Source: Gemmatimonadaceae bacterium (GTDB taxonomy: Bacteria > Gemmatimonadota > Gemmatimonadetes > Gemmatimonadales > Gemmatimonadaceae). From it: a DNA stretch of 64,000 nt. The notes beneath the pieces are model-generated. The model saw nothing but the letters and a program-made list of their open reading frames with translations. It had not been told where the DNA came from and searched no databases. This document shows, one piece after another, positions 1-9,961 of this stretch (its first letter is position 1; every line of letters starts with the position of its first letter). The stretch covers positions 26,886-90,885 of the forward strand of contig JANPKW010000004.1 in assembly GCA_031426255.1 (NCBI GenBank), in the 5' to 3' direction. Made by a program: the position numbers and the translations under genes.

Positions 1-1926
1 CCGCAGCCCGCGCGCAAGACGCATCGTGTGGTCAGGCTGCGCGATGACCTGCCGACGCTGATGCATCGTGAGAAGGCGTTTGCAAGAGCGCCGCAGCAGC
101 GTGCTCTGTTCGAGTTGCTCGAATCAGTAGGAGGCTCGAGCTCGCTGGACCACCTGCTCGAACGTCTCGCATTCTCTCCCTCGGTTCTTCGAGCGCTCGA
201 GAAGCGCGGGTTGATCAGCATCGACTCGGAAGCAATTGACCGTGATCCGTTCGCCTTGCGTGCTCCCGACAAGTCGCCGCAACATCGGCCGACGGAACCG
301 CAACAGTCTGCGATCGAGACGCTGAAGGGGGCCCGCGGTGGCGATGTTTTTCTGCTGCACGGGATCACGGGAAGCGGAAAGACGCTGGTATACATCGAGC
401 TGCTCCGTGAAATCGTCGAAGTGAGAAATCAGACAGCGATCGTTCTTGTTCCTGAAATCGCCCTCACGCCTCAAACTGTCGACAGGTTTCGCGCGGTATT
501 CGGCGACCGGATTGCCGTGCTCCATTCAGCGCTCAGCGACGGAGAACGATTCGACGCGTGGCTCGCCCTGGCGCGCGGCGATAAGCGAATCGTCGTCGGA
601 GCGAGGTCGGCCATCTTTGCTCCGCTCCGGGATCTTGGTGCGATCATTGTCGATGAGGAGCACGAGTCCAGTTACAAACAGGGTGAGACACCTCGTTATC
701 ACGCGCGTGAGCTCGCCATAGTGCGAGCCCGCCTCGAGAATGCAGTGGTTGTCCTGGGTAGTGCGACCCCTTCGCTGGAGTCGTGGACGAACGCCCAGGC
801 GGGGAAATACACACTTCTGTCACTCCCTGACCGTGTCGGTGGCGGCAGTCTCCCGAAAGTGGACGTAGTCGACCTTCGTCACCGGCCGACTCCAAACGTC
901 GATTCGAGCATCGGTACCTCATACAGCTCTGTAATCAGGGACGAGCTCGACAATGCACTCGGCGCCACGTTGCTGCGTGGAGAGCAAAGCATCCTGCTGC
1001 TCAACCGGCGCGGTTATTCGTCGTTCGTTCAATGCAACGATTGCGGCGACGTGGTAGTGTGCCCCAACTGCAGTATCACGTTGACGCATCACCGCGCGCC
1101 CGAGCGTCTGCTATGCCACTACTGCGCGCATCAGGAGCCTGTAAGAAGCAAGTGCGCGCGATGCTCGGGAGAGACCCTGCGCAATCGCGGGCTCGGCACG
1201 CAGCAGATCGAACGGCTGCTTCTCGAACGGTTTCCTCAGGCGCGCATAGCGCGCATGGATGTGGATACGACCAGCGGGAAATGGGCGCACGCGGAAATTC
1301 TCGATCGGGTGGGCAGCCGGGAGGTAGATATCCTGCTCGGTACTCAGATGATCGCAAAGGGACTCGACTTCCCGAACGTTACGCTCGTTGGGGTGGTTGA
1401 CGCGGATGTAGGAATCAATCTCCCGGACTTTCGGGCGTCCGAGCGCTGCTTCCAGCTGCTGAGCCAGGTTGCGGGCCGCGCCGGCCGTGGGCCGAAGGGT
1501 GGGCAGGTACTGATCCAGACACGCCTGCCCGCGCACCATGCAGTTCAATGCGCAGTAACGCATGACTATCACAAGTTCGTGCTCGAGGAGCTGGAAGGGC
1601 GGGTGAACCCGCCGTATCCGCCGAATGTCCGGCTCGCCAACATAGTGTTCAGTGGCACGGTTGCCGATGCGACAGCCGATATCGCGACTCGCGGCAGCGA
1701 CTGGATCCGGCAGCTTCTCAGATCGCGGGCGCTCACCGACATTGCGATCGTCGGCCCGGCTCCGTGCCCGATTGAGCGAGTGAAAACGCGCTGGCGATGG
1801 CATGTGCTTTTGAAGTCCGCCAACTCCGGCGAGCTGACCCGTGTGTGCCGCTATTTCATGGAGCGTTTCGAGGTACCGTCGGCCCTTCGCGTAACACTCG
1901 ACCGGGATCCCGTGGCGCTGCTGTAG
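1..1926 (+). CDS. priA: Primosomal protein N' (replication restart helicase), 5'-truncated by the window edge
   Basis: Walker A GITGSGKT, DEEH box, CxxC zinc motifs (CNDC, CPNC, CHYC, CARC), GTQMIAKGLDFPNV, QVAGRAGR. The frame is open back to position 1. Confidence 0.97.
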   Translation, partial: PQPARKTHRVVRLRDDLPTLMHREKAFARAPQQRALFELLESVGGSSSLDHLLERLAFSPSVLRALEKRGLISIDSEAIDRDPFALRAPDKSPQHRPTEPQQSAIETLKGARGGDVFLLHGITGSGKTLVYIELLREIVEVRNQTAIVLVPEIALTPQTVDRFRAVFGDRIAVLHSALSDGERFDAWLALARGDKRIVVGARSAIFAPLRDLGAIIVDEEHESSYKQGETPRYHARELAIVRARLENAVVVLGSATPSLESWTNAQAGKYTLLSLPDRVGGGSLPKVDVVDLRHRPTPNVDSSIGTSYSSVIRDELDNALGATLLRGEQSILLLNRRGYSSFVQCNDCGDVVVCPNCSITLTHHRAPERLLCHYCAHQEPVRSKCARCSGETLRNRGLGTQQIERLLLERFPQARIARMDVDTTSGKWAHAEILDRVGSREVDILLGTQMIAKGLDFPNVTLVGVVDADVGINLPDFRASERCFQLLSQVAGRAGRGPKGGQVLIQTRLPAHHAVQCAVTHDYHKFVLEELEGRVNPPYPPNVRLANIVFSGTVADATADIATRGSDWIRQLLRSRALTDIAIVGPAPCPIERVKTRWRWHVLLKSANSGELTRVCRYFMERFEVPSALRVTLDRDPVALL

Positions 1927-1948
1927 CGCACCACCCCATCTTTGCACC

Positions 1949-2335
1949 ATGATCGAGACCACTGAACGCTTTTTGAAAGAGATAGCCGACCGAGTCGGAG
2001 CCACCAGCGTGGAATCAGTTCACCTTTTTCCGCCGATCAGGCAGGGCGGGGTGGAGACCGGTGCAGCGGTAATAGCTGCAACCGCGCCTGGTCACGAACG
2101 TCACACAGTGTGGAGCGCGAGTTACCGCAACACCATCAAGGGGGCCGAGCGGGGAAAGTGGGAAGTGGAGGTCACGCCTGAAGCGGATGCGCCGCTCGTG
2201 ACGGTCGAGGCAGTCGTCGAAGGTGTCATGAAGAGGGCAGGGGAGCCGTTCTTCCCGGAAAAACTCACAGCTTCTGAATTTCGCACCATCGTCGGTGGCG
2301 ATCTCGTCGAGCCCGTTGCAAGCGAGCAGAGTTAG
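1949..2335 (+). CDS. Hypothetical protein (128 aa)
   Basis: ATG 23 nt after the priA stop, globular composition, fills the gap to the convergent gene. No recognised motif. Confidence 0.75.
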   Translation: MIETTERFLKEIADRVGATSVESVHLFPPIRQGGVETGAAVIAATAPGHERHTVWSASYRNTIKGAERGKWEVEVTPEADAPLVTVEAVVEGVMKRAGEPFFPEKLTASEFRTIVGGDLVEPVASEQS

Positions 2336-4020
2336 TACCTGCGCAGTACCGCGCCGTTGATGTCGCGCGCGTCCTCCAGGGTTGCGTTTGCCAGGTCGAG
2401 CCACGAAGGGGAAATGATGAAAGGGTAGACCTGGTCTCCTCCTGCAGACCCGTGGGCTCCAACCTGATCGTCGAACGACACAATCTCGCTTCCATCGTAT
2501 GCGCCGAAGAGAACGCAATCGCCCGCGTTCGGTTGAAGTACCAGCGATTCGACTGCGCGCAGCGCATAGGTCTCGGTTCCATAGAGCTCCATGGGGTTTT
2601 CCCCCTCCAGGACCGATAGCACCGCGTCACTGATGATGGCCCGCCCCTTCACAGACTCAACGTGGACACCGTCTCCTGAGCGCGTCGCTATCAACCCGAT
2701 GCCGGCGTGCTCGAGCAGGTCACCGTAAAGCGCTCGCTTTGGCTTGCTCGCAATGATGTCATCCAGAAGGAGCGGCGTGTCGAGGTCGGCGAAGTACACG
2801 AGCGCGAGGCACGAGCTGTAGGTCACAACGACTTCGTGCGTTGTTGCGACACGGTACTTCTCGGGTACAATTATCTCCCTCAGCCCATAACGACTGCGAA
2901 GCCAGTCTCTCACTCTCCGAAGCACGCGGCGGGTACGCGCTTGTGCCGCCGGCGTGATCGCGGCGACGGCCTCGATCATTTCAGGCCCGATGTGCGCGTA
3001 CTCACTCGTATCGGAATGGCTCGCCAGCACATTGCCATCCAGCATTCGCTCAACCGTCGTGCCGAGGGATTCACCAAACTTGACGCGGTAACTTTGCGCC
3101 GCGGTCATCCCGTGGTCTGAGAGAATCACTAAGTCATACCCGCGCCCGCCAGCGAGTCGCGCCATTCGCCAGATCTCGGCGATGCGCGCGTCGGTTCGGC
3201 GAAGGTCGTAGAGTGCCTGCTTGCTGGAGGGCCCGAAATGGTGAGCCAGCTCATCATACTGCATGTACGTGCTGTAGATGACTGGTACGCCAAGGTAAAC
3301 GTCGAGCAGGATCGCCATCGTCTGCAGCTCGCGGATGATGACGTTGCTGAGGATTCTGATGAACGGGAAGATTCCTTCGGCGTGCGTGAACTTCCCCGCG
3401 AGCTCACCCCGCAGCCTCTCCCATTCCTCGCGCAGATACTCGAGCACACTCTGCCCGATCATGCGGACGAGGCGGATTGGATGCAGGAGAATCAGCATCA
3501 GCATCCGTCCGCCGCCGAGCCGCTGATAAACCGACATCTTCTCGCGAGTTGCAACTGTGAAGGCAACAGTCTGCGCGTCGCCATCCATCAGGTTGACGTA
3601 ACTGGATCCTCCGGCGAGTGCGCCCGGAGACTTGATGCGATCAAGGATGTACTGCACACCCTCGGGCGCGTTGCAGGTAATGACTCTGCCAGCGGGTTTG
3701 TCGTAGAACCGGAATGCCGGAATGCCGGCGTTCTCTCCGTGAAAAATTCCCGCCTGGCAATATGGAGTCGCGGAGGGCAGCCCACAGAACCATTTCCGCA
3801 ACGCGAAATCATTGCGTTGGAGGAGTCGGGATATTGTCGGGCAGTAGCCGCGCTCCATCGCGCGAAGCAGATCGGAATGCGCAAGCGCATCTATCTGAAG
3901 CATTATCAGGCCGCGTTTGCCGTCGTGCGGGTGTCGCTCGCGCCGAAAGAGGTGATACTTCGCCGAGTAATACCAGCGCAGCAGAGGACCGGCGCGCGGC
4001 TCACTGCGCCGGTCAGTCAC
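2332..4020 (-). CDS. Alkaline phosphatase superfamily / nucleotide pyrophosphatase-phosphodiesterase-like protein
   Basis: Metal-binding and nucleophile motifs QIDALAH, PSATPYCQAGI, DELAHHFGP, LSDHG, HGSAGG. Start overlaps the response regulator stop. Confidence 0.85.
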   Translation of the reverse strand: MTDRRSEPRAGPLLRWYYSAKYHLFRRERHPHDGKRGLIMLQIDALAHSDLLRAMERGYCPTISRLLQRNDFALRKWFCGLPSATPYCQAGIFHGENAGIPAFRFYDKPAGRVITCNAPEGVQYILDRIKSPGALAGGSSYVNLMDGDAQTVAFTVATREKMSVYQRLGGGRMLMLILLHPIRLVRMIGQSVLEYLREEWERLRGELAGKFTHAEGIFPFIRILSNVIIRELQTMAILLDVYLGVPVIYSTYMQYDELAHHFGPSSKQALYDLRRTDARIAEIWRMARLAGGRGYDLVILSDHGMTAAQSYRVKFGESLGTTVERMLDGNVLASHSDTSEYAHIGPEMIEAVAAITPAAQARTRRVLRRVRDWLRSRYGLREIIVPEKYRVATTHEVVVTYSSCLALVYFADLDTPLLLDDIIASKPKRALYGDLLEHAGIGLIATRSGDGVHVESVKGRAIISDAVLSVLEGENPMELYGTETYALRAVESLVLQPNAGDCVLFGAYDGSEIVSFDDQVGAHGSAGGDQVYPFIISPSWLDLANATLEDARDINGAVLRRY

Positions 4021-4379
4021 GCCAGCGCTTCGGAGACGATTCTCAGCAGCTGTTGCACCGGCACCGGCTTGATCAGAACGTCATCGCAGCCGGCGGCGAT
4101 GCAACGCTCGCGAGTGGCCGCATCGCTATGGCCCGTCATGGCGTAGATAACCGTCGGCTTGAGCCCGCGGGATTCAAGACTGGCAATCACGCCGAGGCCG
4201 TCGCCATCCGGCAGTCCGATGTCGAGCAGCATCACGTCTGGTCCCGTCGACCCAGTCCACGCACCCGCTTCTGACGCGGTGGCGGCAAGAGTCACCGCGA
4301 AGCCGCTCGCCTCCAGAAGCATTGTGAGCGCCCCGCTGATCATCGAGCTGTCCTCGACCAGCAGGATGCGCCACGTCAT
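4017..4379 (-). CDS. Single-domain response regulator (receiver only)
   Basis: [18 protein letters not shown] (phospho-Asp), AMTG, LIKPV; 120 aa. Confidence 0.95.
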   Translation of the reverse strand: MTWRILLVEDSSMISGALTMLLEASGFAVTLAATASEAGAWTGSTGPDVMLLDIGLPDGDGLGVIASLESRGLKPTVIYAMTGHSDAATRERCIAAGCDDVLIKPVPVQQLLRIVSEALA

Positions 4380-5206
4380 CCAGTCGCCTCACGAACAGGA
4401 AGCGTAAAAAAGAATCTGCTGCCACATCCGAGGTCGCTCTCCACCCAGATCTTTCCACCATGGAGCTCGACGAACCGGCGTGCGATCGTCAGGCCAAGAC
4501 CGGTCCCGTGATGCGCCCGCGACGCCGATGAATCGACCTGCGCGAACTCACGAAAAATGAGCTCGTGGTGGTCGGGAGAAATCCCGCGGCCGGTGTCGCC
4601 TACTTCCATGAGAACCGTCCCGTGCGGGTCGGTGGGGCTCATGCTCGCACTAACCCACACGCGCCCGCCGCCCGGTGTGAACTCGAAGGCGTTGCCGAGG
4701 AGGTTGGTCAGCACGTGAATGAGCTTGTCGCGGTCACCGCGAATCGATGGGAGCTCGGTCGACATGTAGCGCTCGAGCGAGAGTCCCTTGCGAGCACCGA
4801 GTGATTCATTGAGCGATATCACCTGCGCGACAACGTCGTGAAGCGAGAACTCCGATTCTACCAACGTGAGCGACTCGCTGGAGTCACGCGCATGCATCAG
4901 GATCTCGGCGATCATGTCGAGGAGCTGCCGGCCGCCGGTGATGATGATGGAAATACTCTCACGCTGCTTCGGTGTCACTTCGCCGAGAATTCCGTCCCTG
5001 AGAATTTCGGCATGGGTAATGATTGCGGTGAGCGGCGTGCGAAGGTCGTGCGAAATGTTCGACAGGAACTGCGTTTTCAGTGCATCGCGCTCTTCTAGGT
5101 TCGCGATCACTTTCTGCGCTTCGACAAGCTCGGCCTCCAGCCGCGCAATCTTCATGGCCGCCGAGTCTCGCAGTGGATTCCCGCGCGATGCACCGGTATC
5201 AGTCAT
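4376..5206 (-). CDS. Cytoplasmic histidine kinase (coiled coil + HisKA + HATPase)
   Basis: H-box [12 protein letters not shown]-box [10 protein letters not shown]1 DTGRGI, G2 GTGLGL. Start placed at ATG 5206, which overlaps the ABC exporter stop; the ORF track starts at 5263. Confidence 0.93.
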   Translation of the reverse strand: MTDTGASRGNPLRDSAAMKIARLEAELVEAQKVIANLEERDALKTQFLSNISHDLRTPLTAIITHAEILRDGILGEVTPKQRESISIIITGGRQLLDMIAEILMHARDSSESLTLVESEFSLHDVVAQVISLNESLGARKGLSLERYMSTELPSIRGDRDKLIHVLTNLLGNAFEFTPGGGRVWVSASMSPTDPHGTVLMEVGDTGRGISPDHHELIFREFAQVDSSASRAHHGTGLGLTIARRFVELHGGKIWVESDLGCGSRFFFTLPVREATG

Positions 5207-6998
5207 TGCCAGTCGCATGTCCGACGAGAGTTGCGTCGCTCGCGCTTTCGATGGCGTCAACAAGCTGCTGATGTCTCAGCAAGCCCCAGTACCTTCCTTC
5301 AGCGGCCATCAAGTCCTCATGTCTGCCCTGTTCCACTACGCGACCCTCGTCTAGAACGATTATCCAGCTGGCGTAGCGGATCGCGCTCGCCCGATGGGAT
5401 GCTATTATTGCGGTGCGCTCATCGAGCGCACCACGCAGGCCTTGGAGTATTTCCGCCTCGGTGTGCGTGTCAACAGCGCTGAGCGCGTCATCCAGCAGTA
5501 CGATTGACGGCTTGCGGGCAAGGGCACGGGCCAGCGCAGCCCTCTGTTTCTGCCCTCCAGAGAGATTGATACCGCGTTCGCCAAGCATGGTTTCATAACC
5601 ACCGGGAAAACTGCCGATAGTCTGCGCGAGCTGCGCAGTCCCCGCTGCCCATTCGACCGTCTCGGAGGATGGCGCGCCGTAGCCGATGTTGCCCCCGATG
5701 GTATCACTGAACAAAAGGCTTTCCTGAGGCACGAAACCAATCTCGCGCCGGAGCTCGTGCAAGGGAATGTTCTGCGATGGCACGCCGTCAATGAGAATCT
5801 CGCCCTCCACTGGATCATGCAACCTGGGAAGCAAGTCGATTAACGCGGTCTTTCCGCTTCCTGTCGCACCAGCAATGCCGAGGGTTGTGCCGGATGGAAC
5901 GAGAAAATTCACGTTCCTGAATATCCACCGCGGCTCACGGCCGTCCACCGCAGGAAAATGGAATCCGACGTCCCGAAATTCGATTGACCTTCCTCCCCGC
6001 GCACGAGGGAGATGAACTGCGCTCTCGGTTGGAATCTCCACGAGCGATGATCTGGCGTCGAGGATGTCCGTCAGCCGTGCCATCGATGCGCTTCCGCGCT
6101 GGAAGAGATTGATCACCCAGCCAAGCGCGATAAGAGGCCACGTGAGAAGATTCAGGTAAAGCCCGAATGCGACGAACGAGCCGACGGAAATCTGGCCGCG
6201 CATCGTCAGCAGGCCTCCCACCCCCAGCACGACGACAGCCGCGAGGCCAGCAAGGAGTGCGAACAGAGGATGCATGGTTCCGTAAAGCTTGGCGAGAGAC
6301 ATGTTGCGCTTCATGTACTCTTCATTGAGTGCACCGAAGCGCGCGATTTCCGCCCCTTCCTGACGATATGCACGAACGATTCTCGTGCCCGTGAGATTCT
6401 CCTGTGCATGGGTGGTCAACGTCGAGAAATGTTCCTGAACCGCGTCGAAGCGGCGGTGCACGAGTTTGCCCAGGTATCCGGTCAGCACGGGGAGAAACAG
6501 CATCGGCAACAGCGCCAGAAGTGTCAGGAGCGGATCGATGCGGAGCATGAAGACGAGAGAGAACACCGCGCCTGCGATCGTGTTCACGAGGTACATGACT
6601 GCTGGCCCGGCAGCCATTCTCACCGCGTTGAGATCGTTCGTGAGCCGGGCCATCGTGTCGCCGGTTCTGGTTGTTGCAAACCATGTTGAATCGAGCGTCA
6701 GCAGGTGAGCGAACAAGTCATTCCGAAGATCATACTCGATGTGTCTGCTCACGCCGTTGAGGATCTCGCGCATTGCGTAGCGCAGAAACGCAGCGAGCGT
6801 CGCAACAGCAACGATGCCGCCTGCGAGCTTCAGCGATTCCGCGAAAGGCGCCTGCGCCCGGAGGCCATCGATGGCGAGCCTCAGAAACCATGGTATTATT
6901 GCCGTTATCGCCGTCGAAACGACCACAAGGACGAGTCCCATGATCAGTTCGGCCCGGTACGGGGTATAATAAGGGAATAGCCGTTTCAGCTGGTTCAT
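5199..6998 (-). CDS. ABC exporter, fused permease/ATP-binding protein
   Basis: Hydrophobic N-terminal half with TM helices, Walker A GATGSGKT, signature LSGGQKQR, Walker [11 protein letters not shown]. Start placed at ATG 6998; the track starts at GTG 7007. Confidence 0.95.
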   Translation of the reverse strand: MNQLKRLFPYYTPYRAELIMGLVLVVVSTAITAIIPWFLRLAIDGLRAQAPFAESLKLAGGIVAVATLAAFLRYAMREILNGVSRHIEYDLRNDLFAHLLTLDSTWFATTRTGDTMARLTNDLNAVRMAAGPAVMYLVNTIAGAVFSLVFMLRIDPLLTLLALLPMLFLPVLTGYLGKLVHRRFDAVQEHFSTLTTHAQENLTGTRIVRAYRQEGAEIARFGALNEEYMKRNMSLAKLYGTMHPLFALLAGLAAVVVLGVGGLLTMRGQISVGSFVAFGLYLNLLTWPLIALGWVINLFQRGSASMARLTDILDARSSLVEIPTESAVHLPRARGGRSIEFRDVGFHFPAVDGREPRWIFRNVNFLVPSGTTLGIAGATGSGKTALIDLLPRLHDPVEGEILIDGVPSQNIPLHELRREIGFVPQESLLFSDTIGGNIGYGAPSSETVEWAAGTAQLAQTIGSFPGGYETMLGERGINLSGGQKQRAALARALARKPSIVLLDDALSAVDTHTEAEILQGLRGALDERTAIIASHRASAIRYASWIIVLDEGRVVEQGRHEDLMAAEGRYWGLLRHQQLVDAIESASDATLVGHATGND

Positions 6999-7001
6999 GA
7001 A

Positions 7002-7017
7002 GGGCACGACGATTGCC
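7002..7017 (+). promoter_or_regulatory. Candidate sigma-54 (-24/-12) promoter
   Basis: GGGCACG-ACGA-TTGCC matches TGGCACG-N4-TTGC with exact GG/GC spacing; lies 75 nt upstream of the 7092 lipoprotein start. Confidence 0.6.
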
Positions 7018-7091
7018 CGCTTCGCACTCTGTAAAGCATTGCGCTACAAGAGTTTCGGGGCAGCGCAAAAAACAATGGAGGCAGTACGGGA

Positions 7092-8000
7092 ATGTCAAAA
7101 TATATCTCGCGGTGTAGTGCATCGCTTGTTCTGGTGTCGGCGCTTTTTATCAGCGCCTGCAGCGATTCGAAAACCGACGACGCACTTGCTCAGGACACAT
7201 CTCTGACTCGTGACCTGGAGATGGCGAACCAGGATACGCTTTCGCAGCCGGCGCTCCAGGATGTGCCTGCTCTGGAGTCTCCGACCGCGGTCGCGACAAC
7301 GCCAGTGCCGACCACCCGGAGCACTGGCACGACAGTGAGAACGCCGCCGCGCACGACGGTGCGGACGCCGGCGCGTAACACTCCGCGGCCGGTGCCGGCA
7401 CCAGCACCCGCGGCACCGACTACGACCGCAAGCGGGAATACAGTGACCCGCGGCCCATCGGGATCGGAGGCAAGACTTGGCGCAATTCCGGCCGGCTCGG
7501 AAATCGGGCTTACGTCTAACTCACGTATCTGCACCAACACCAATCGGGTTGGTCAGCGTTTCAGTGCAACTGTTGCAAACGCAGTCTCGGGCTCGAACGG
7601 CGCAGTGATTCCTGCGGGCGCTACCGCGACCGTCGAGATCACCGAGCTCAATCGGAGCGAGAATGCGAATGACGAAATCAAGATGGGCTTCCGCGTAGTC
7701 TCGGTTACGTTCGGAGGGCGCACATATCCGATTGATGCAACGACGACTTACGCCAACGTCGACCGCGTGCGCAATCAGCCGAAGAACAAGGACGTTCAGA
7801 AGGTCATTGGTGGCGCCGCTGTTGGCGCGATCATCGGCCAGATCCTTGGCAAGGACACAAAGTCGACAGTGATTGGCGCCGCGACCGGTGCCGCAGCAGG
7901 TACCGCGGCTGCTGCAACGACTGCGAACTATGAAGGTTGCGTTCCGTCGGGCGGTCGGATCACGATAACGCTCGATTCGTCGACGCAGGTTCAGGTCTGA
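7092..8000 (+). CDS. Putative lipoprotein with Pro/Thr-rich linker and C-terminal glycine-zipper segment
   Basis: GGAGG RBS at about 7077, lipobox LFISA-C, low-complexity P/T/R linker, IGGAAVGAIIGQILG...GAATGAAAG. Confidence 0.85.
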   Translation: MSKYISRCSASLVLVSALFISACSDSKTDDALAQDTSLTRDLEMANQDTLSQPALQDVPALESPTAVATTPVPTTRSTGTTVRTPPRTTVRTPARNTPRPVPAPAPAAPTTTASGNTVTRGPSGSEARLGAIPAGSEIGLTSNSRICTNTNRVGQRFSATVANAVSGSNGAVIPAGATATVEITELNRSENANDEIKMGFRVVSVTFGGRTYPIDATTTYANVDRVRNQPKNKDVQKVIGGAAVGAIIGQILGKDTKSTVIGAATGAAAGTAAAATTANYEGCVPSGGRITITLDSSTQVQV

Positions 8001-8012
8001 TTATCAGAGTGG

Positions 8013-8042
8013 GCTGCGCACTCCGGGTTTGGGGTGCGCAGC
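8013..8042. terminator. GC-rich hairpin after the lipoprotein gene (possible terminator)
   Basis: GCTGCGCACTCC / GGGGTGCGCAGC 12-bp stem with one G-U pair; weak U-tract. Confidence 0.5.
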
Positions 8043-8137
8043 TGTCTTGTTGCCGATTGTGAGCCGTGTCGAAACGCACCCACTGTCCGTTCGACACGGA
8101 GCCACGGTGATATGGAGAAAGGCGGAAATACGGGGTC

Positions 8138-8172
8138 AAAGGAGGGTTGGAAGTTTCGGGAGGTTTTGAAGG
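8138..8172 (+). repeat. Solo degenerate copy of the terminal-repeat arm of the 44.4-kb element
   Basis: AAAGGAGGGTTGGAAGTTTCGGGAGGTTTTGAAGG matches 29 of 35 positions of the reverse complement of the 44588-44635 arm (hand alignment). Confidence 0.65.
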
Positions 8173-8302
8173 CTGTAGTTTCAGCGGGTCTCGAAATGGG
8201 CCAGCCTCCACGTAATACGTTCCGTCGTTCTGTTCTTGATCAATGATCGAACCCTGATTTCTGCCCCACACAAAGCGACCGTCTGATGCGTCACACGCAT
8301 CA

Positions 8303-8974
8303 TCACCGGCGACGCGGCGCACGGTTCCCAAAGCCATACCGGAAATTCGCGCGGATAGTCCGCTGCCGCAGCGTATTGCTTTGTTCGCTCGTAAGGCCTT
8401 CACGCTCATGTAATGCGAGCCCGAACTCCTGCACTACGCTCACCTGCATGTTCGGCGAAAACCCGTACCCGAAACCATAACCGAACGTGAAGAACGGGTC
8501 GACATTGCCATCGACCGGCGCGAGCGCGGAGCCATCCGAATCGCGGGTAAGATTCCGGAACTGCAACGCGCCTGCCGACGCTTCCAGCACCTGGTGAAAG
8601 CCCGTCGCCCCCGCGAGGCGGAATGACGCGCCGAGAGTCAGCACGTCGAGGTGTGCAGCGCATCTGCCACAGCTGTTACCACCATTGCCGCCGATATACG
8701 TGAACGGGACATTCGCGTAGGATCCTGCCGCGCCGATTGCAATCGAGTTACTCACCCCTTTCTCGATCGAAGCCCTGAACTGAGGCGTAGATGCGCGACC
8801 GAAGTCCCACGTGCTGCTCGTCGCCCCATCGCTTACATCGTTCCCGTTGAACAAGCCCGCACTTCCGGATACCCAGATTGAAGGTTCGACTTGCCGTGGA
8901 ACGCGGCGGCGAACCTGTCCATCGGCTGTCGCTGCAAATACAAGCACCAGTGTGCCGGTGAGTAATGATTTCAT
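8303..8974 (-). CDS. Exported hypothetical protein, probably an outer-membrane beta-barrel
   Basis: Signal peptide (MKSLLTGTLVLVFAATADG-Q), alternating aromatic/Gly beta-strand pattern, terminal strand ANFRYGF. Confidence 0.75.
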   Translation of the reverse strand: MKSLLTGTLVLVFAATADGQVRRRVPRQVEPSIWVSGSAGLFNGNDVSDGATSSTWDFGRASTPQFRASIEKGVSNSIAIGAAGSYANVPFTYIGGNGGNSCGRCAAHLDVLTLGASFRLAGATGFHQVLEASAGALQFRNLTRDSDGSALAPVDGNVDPFFTFGYGFGYGFSPNMQVSVVQEFGLALHEREGLTSEQSNTLRQRTIRANFRYGFGNRAPRRR

Positions 8975-9046
8975 GAAAGCTCCCTTTGTCTTGCGGCTCG
9001 TGAGAAGTGCCGGATATGTTCACGCGTGCAAGAGAATAGAGTCCGC

Positions 9047-9961
9047 ATGATTGATCCCCGGATGACCGAGCGTCGCAATCCGCGGACCGCCTCGATCGAT
9101 CTCGCCTCACCGCTTGAGATCGTCGATGTCATAAACGCCGAAGACCGTCTGGTTCCCGAAGCGGTCGCCTCCCAGCGCGAACAGATGGCGCGGGCCATCG
9201 AATTTACCGAGCACAGCTTCCGCACCGGAGGCCGCTTGTTCTATGTCGGCGCGGGTACATCCGGCAGGCTCGGGGTCCTCGACGCGAGCGAGATTCCTCC
9301 CACCTTCGGCGCAAACCCCGAGATGGTTCAGGGAATCATTGCGGGTGGGCTGCCTGCGCTCACCAGGGCGCAAGAGGGAGCTGAAGACATCATCGAGAAC
9401 GGCGCCAGGGAAATCGAGGCGCGAAACGTCGATGAGAAGGATTTTGTCATCGGCATTGCTGCGTCAGGCACCACGCCGTACGTCCACGCCGCGCTTTTCC
9501 GCGCTGCAGAGCTGGGCGCTCGCACTGGAATGATCGCCTGCTCAGAACTTCCGCAGTCGATTGTGGATCTTGTCGACGTTGCAATCGTTCCAATCGTCGG
9601 GCCGGAAGTTGTGACCGGCTCAACACGAATGAAGGCCGGAACCGCGACGAAGCTCGTGCTCAACATCATCACTACGGGAGCGATGATAAGGCTCGGTAAA
9701 ACGTACGGAAACCTGATGGTCGATCTTCGCGCCACGAACAACAAGTTGAAAGATCGGAGCGAGCGGATCGTAGTCGAAGTCTGCGGAGTCTCGCAGGATG
9801 AAGCGCGGGCGCTGATCGACGCCGCTGACAAGAGTGTCAAGACGGCCATCGTTATGCAGAAGCTCGGAGTTGGCCGCGACGACGCGCTTGCAGCGCTGGA
9901 GGCTGCAGGTGGTGTCATTCGGCGCGCCGTCACTGATGATCCTCCACCGGTTCAGGAATGA
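9047..9961 (+). CDS. murQ: N-acetylmuramic acid 6-phosphate etherase
   Basis: TERRNP, GAGTSGRLGVLDASE, GAED, GPEVVTGSTRMKAGTATKLVLN, GNLMVD. Start placed at ATG 9047. Confidence 0.97.
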   Translation: MIDPRMTERRNPRTASIDLASPLEIVDVINAEDRLVPEAVASQREQMARAIEFTEHSFRTGGRLFYVGAGTSGRLGVLDASEIPPTFGANPEMVQGIIAGGLPALTRAQEGAEDIIENGAREIEARNVDEKDFVIGIAASGTTPYVHAALFRAAELGARTGMIACSELPQSIVDLVDVAIVPIVGPEVVTGSTRMKAGTATKLVLNIITTGAMIRLGKTYGNLMVDLRATNNKLKDRSERIVVEVCGVSQDEARALIDAADKSVKTAIVMQKLGVGRDDALAALEAAGGVIRRAVTDDPPPVQE

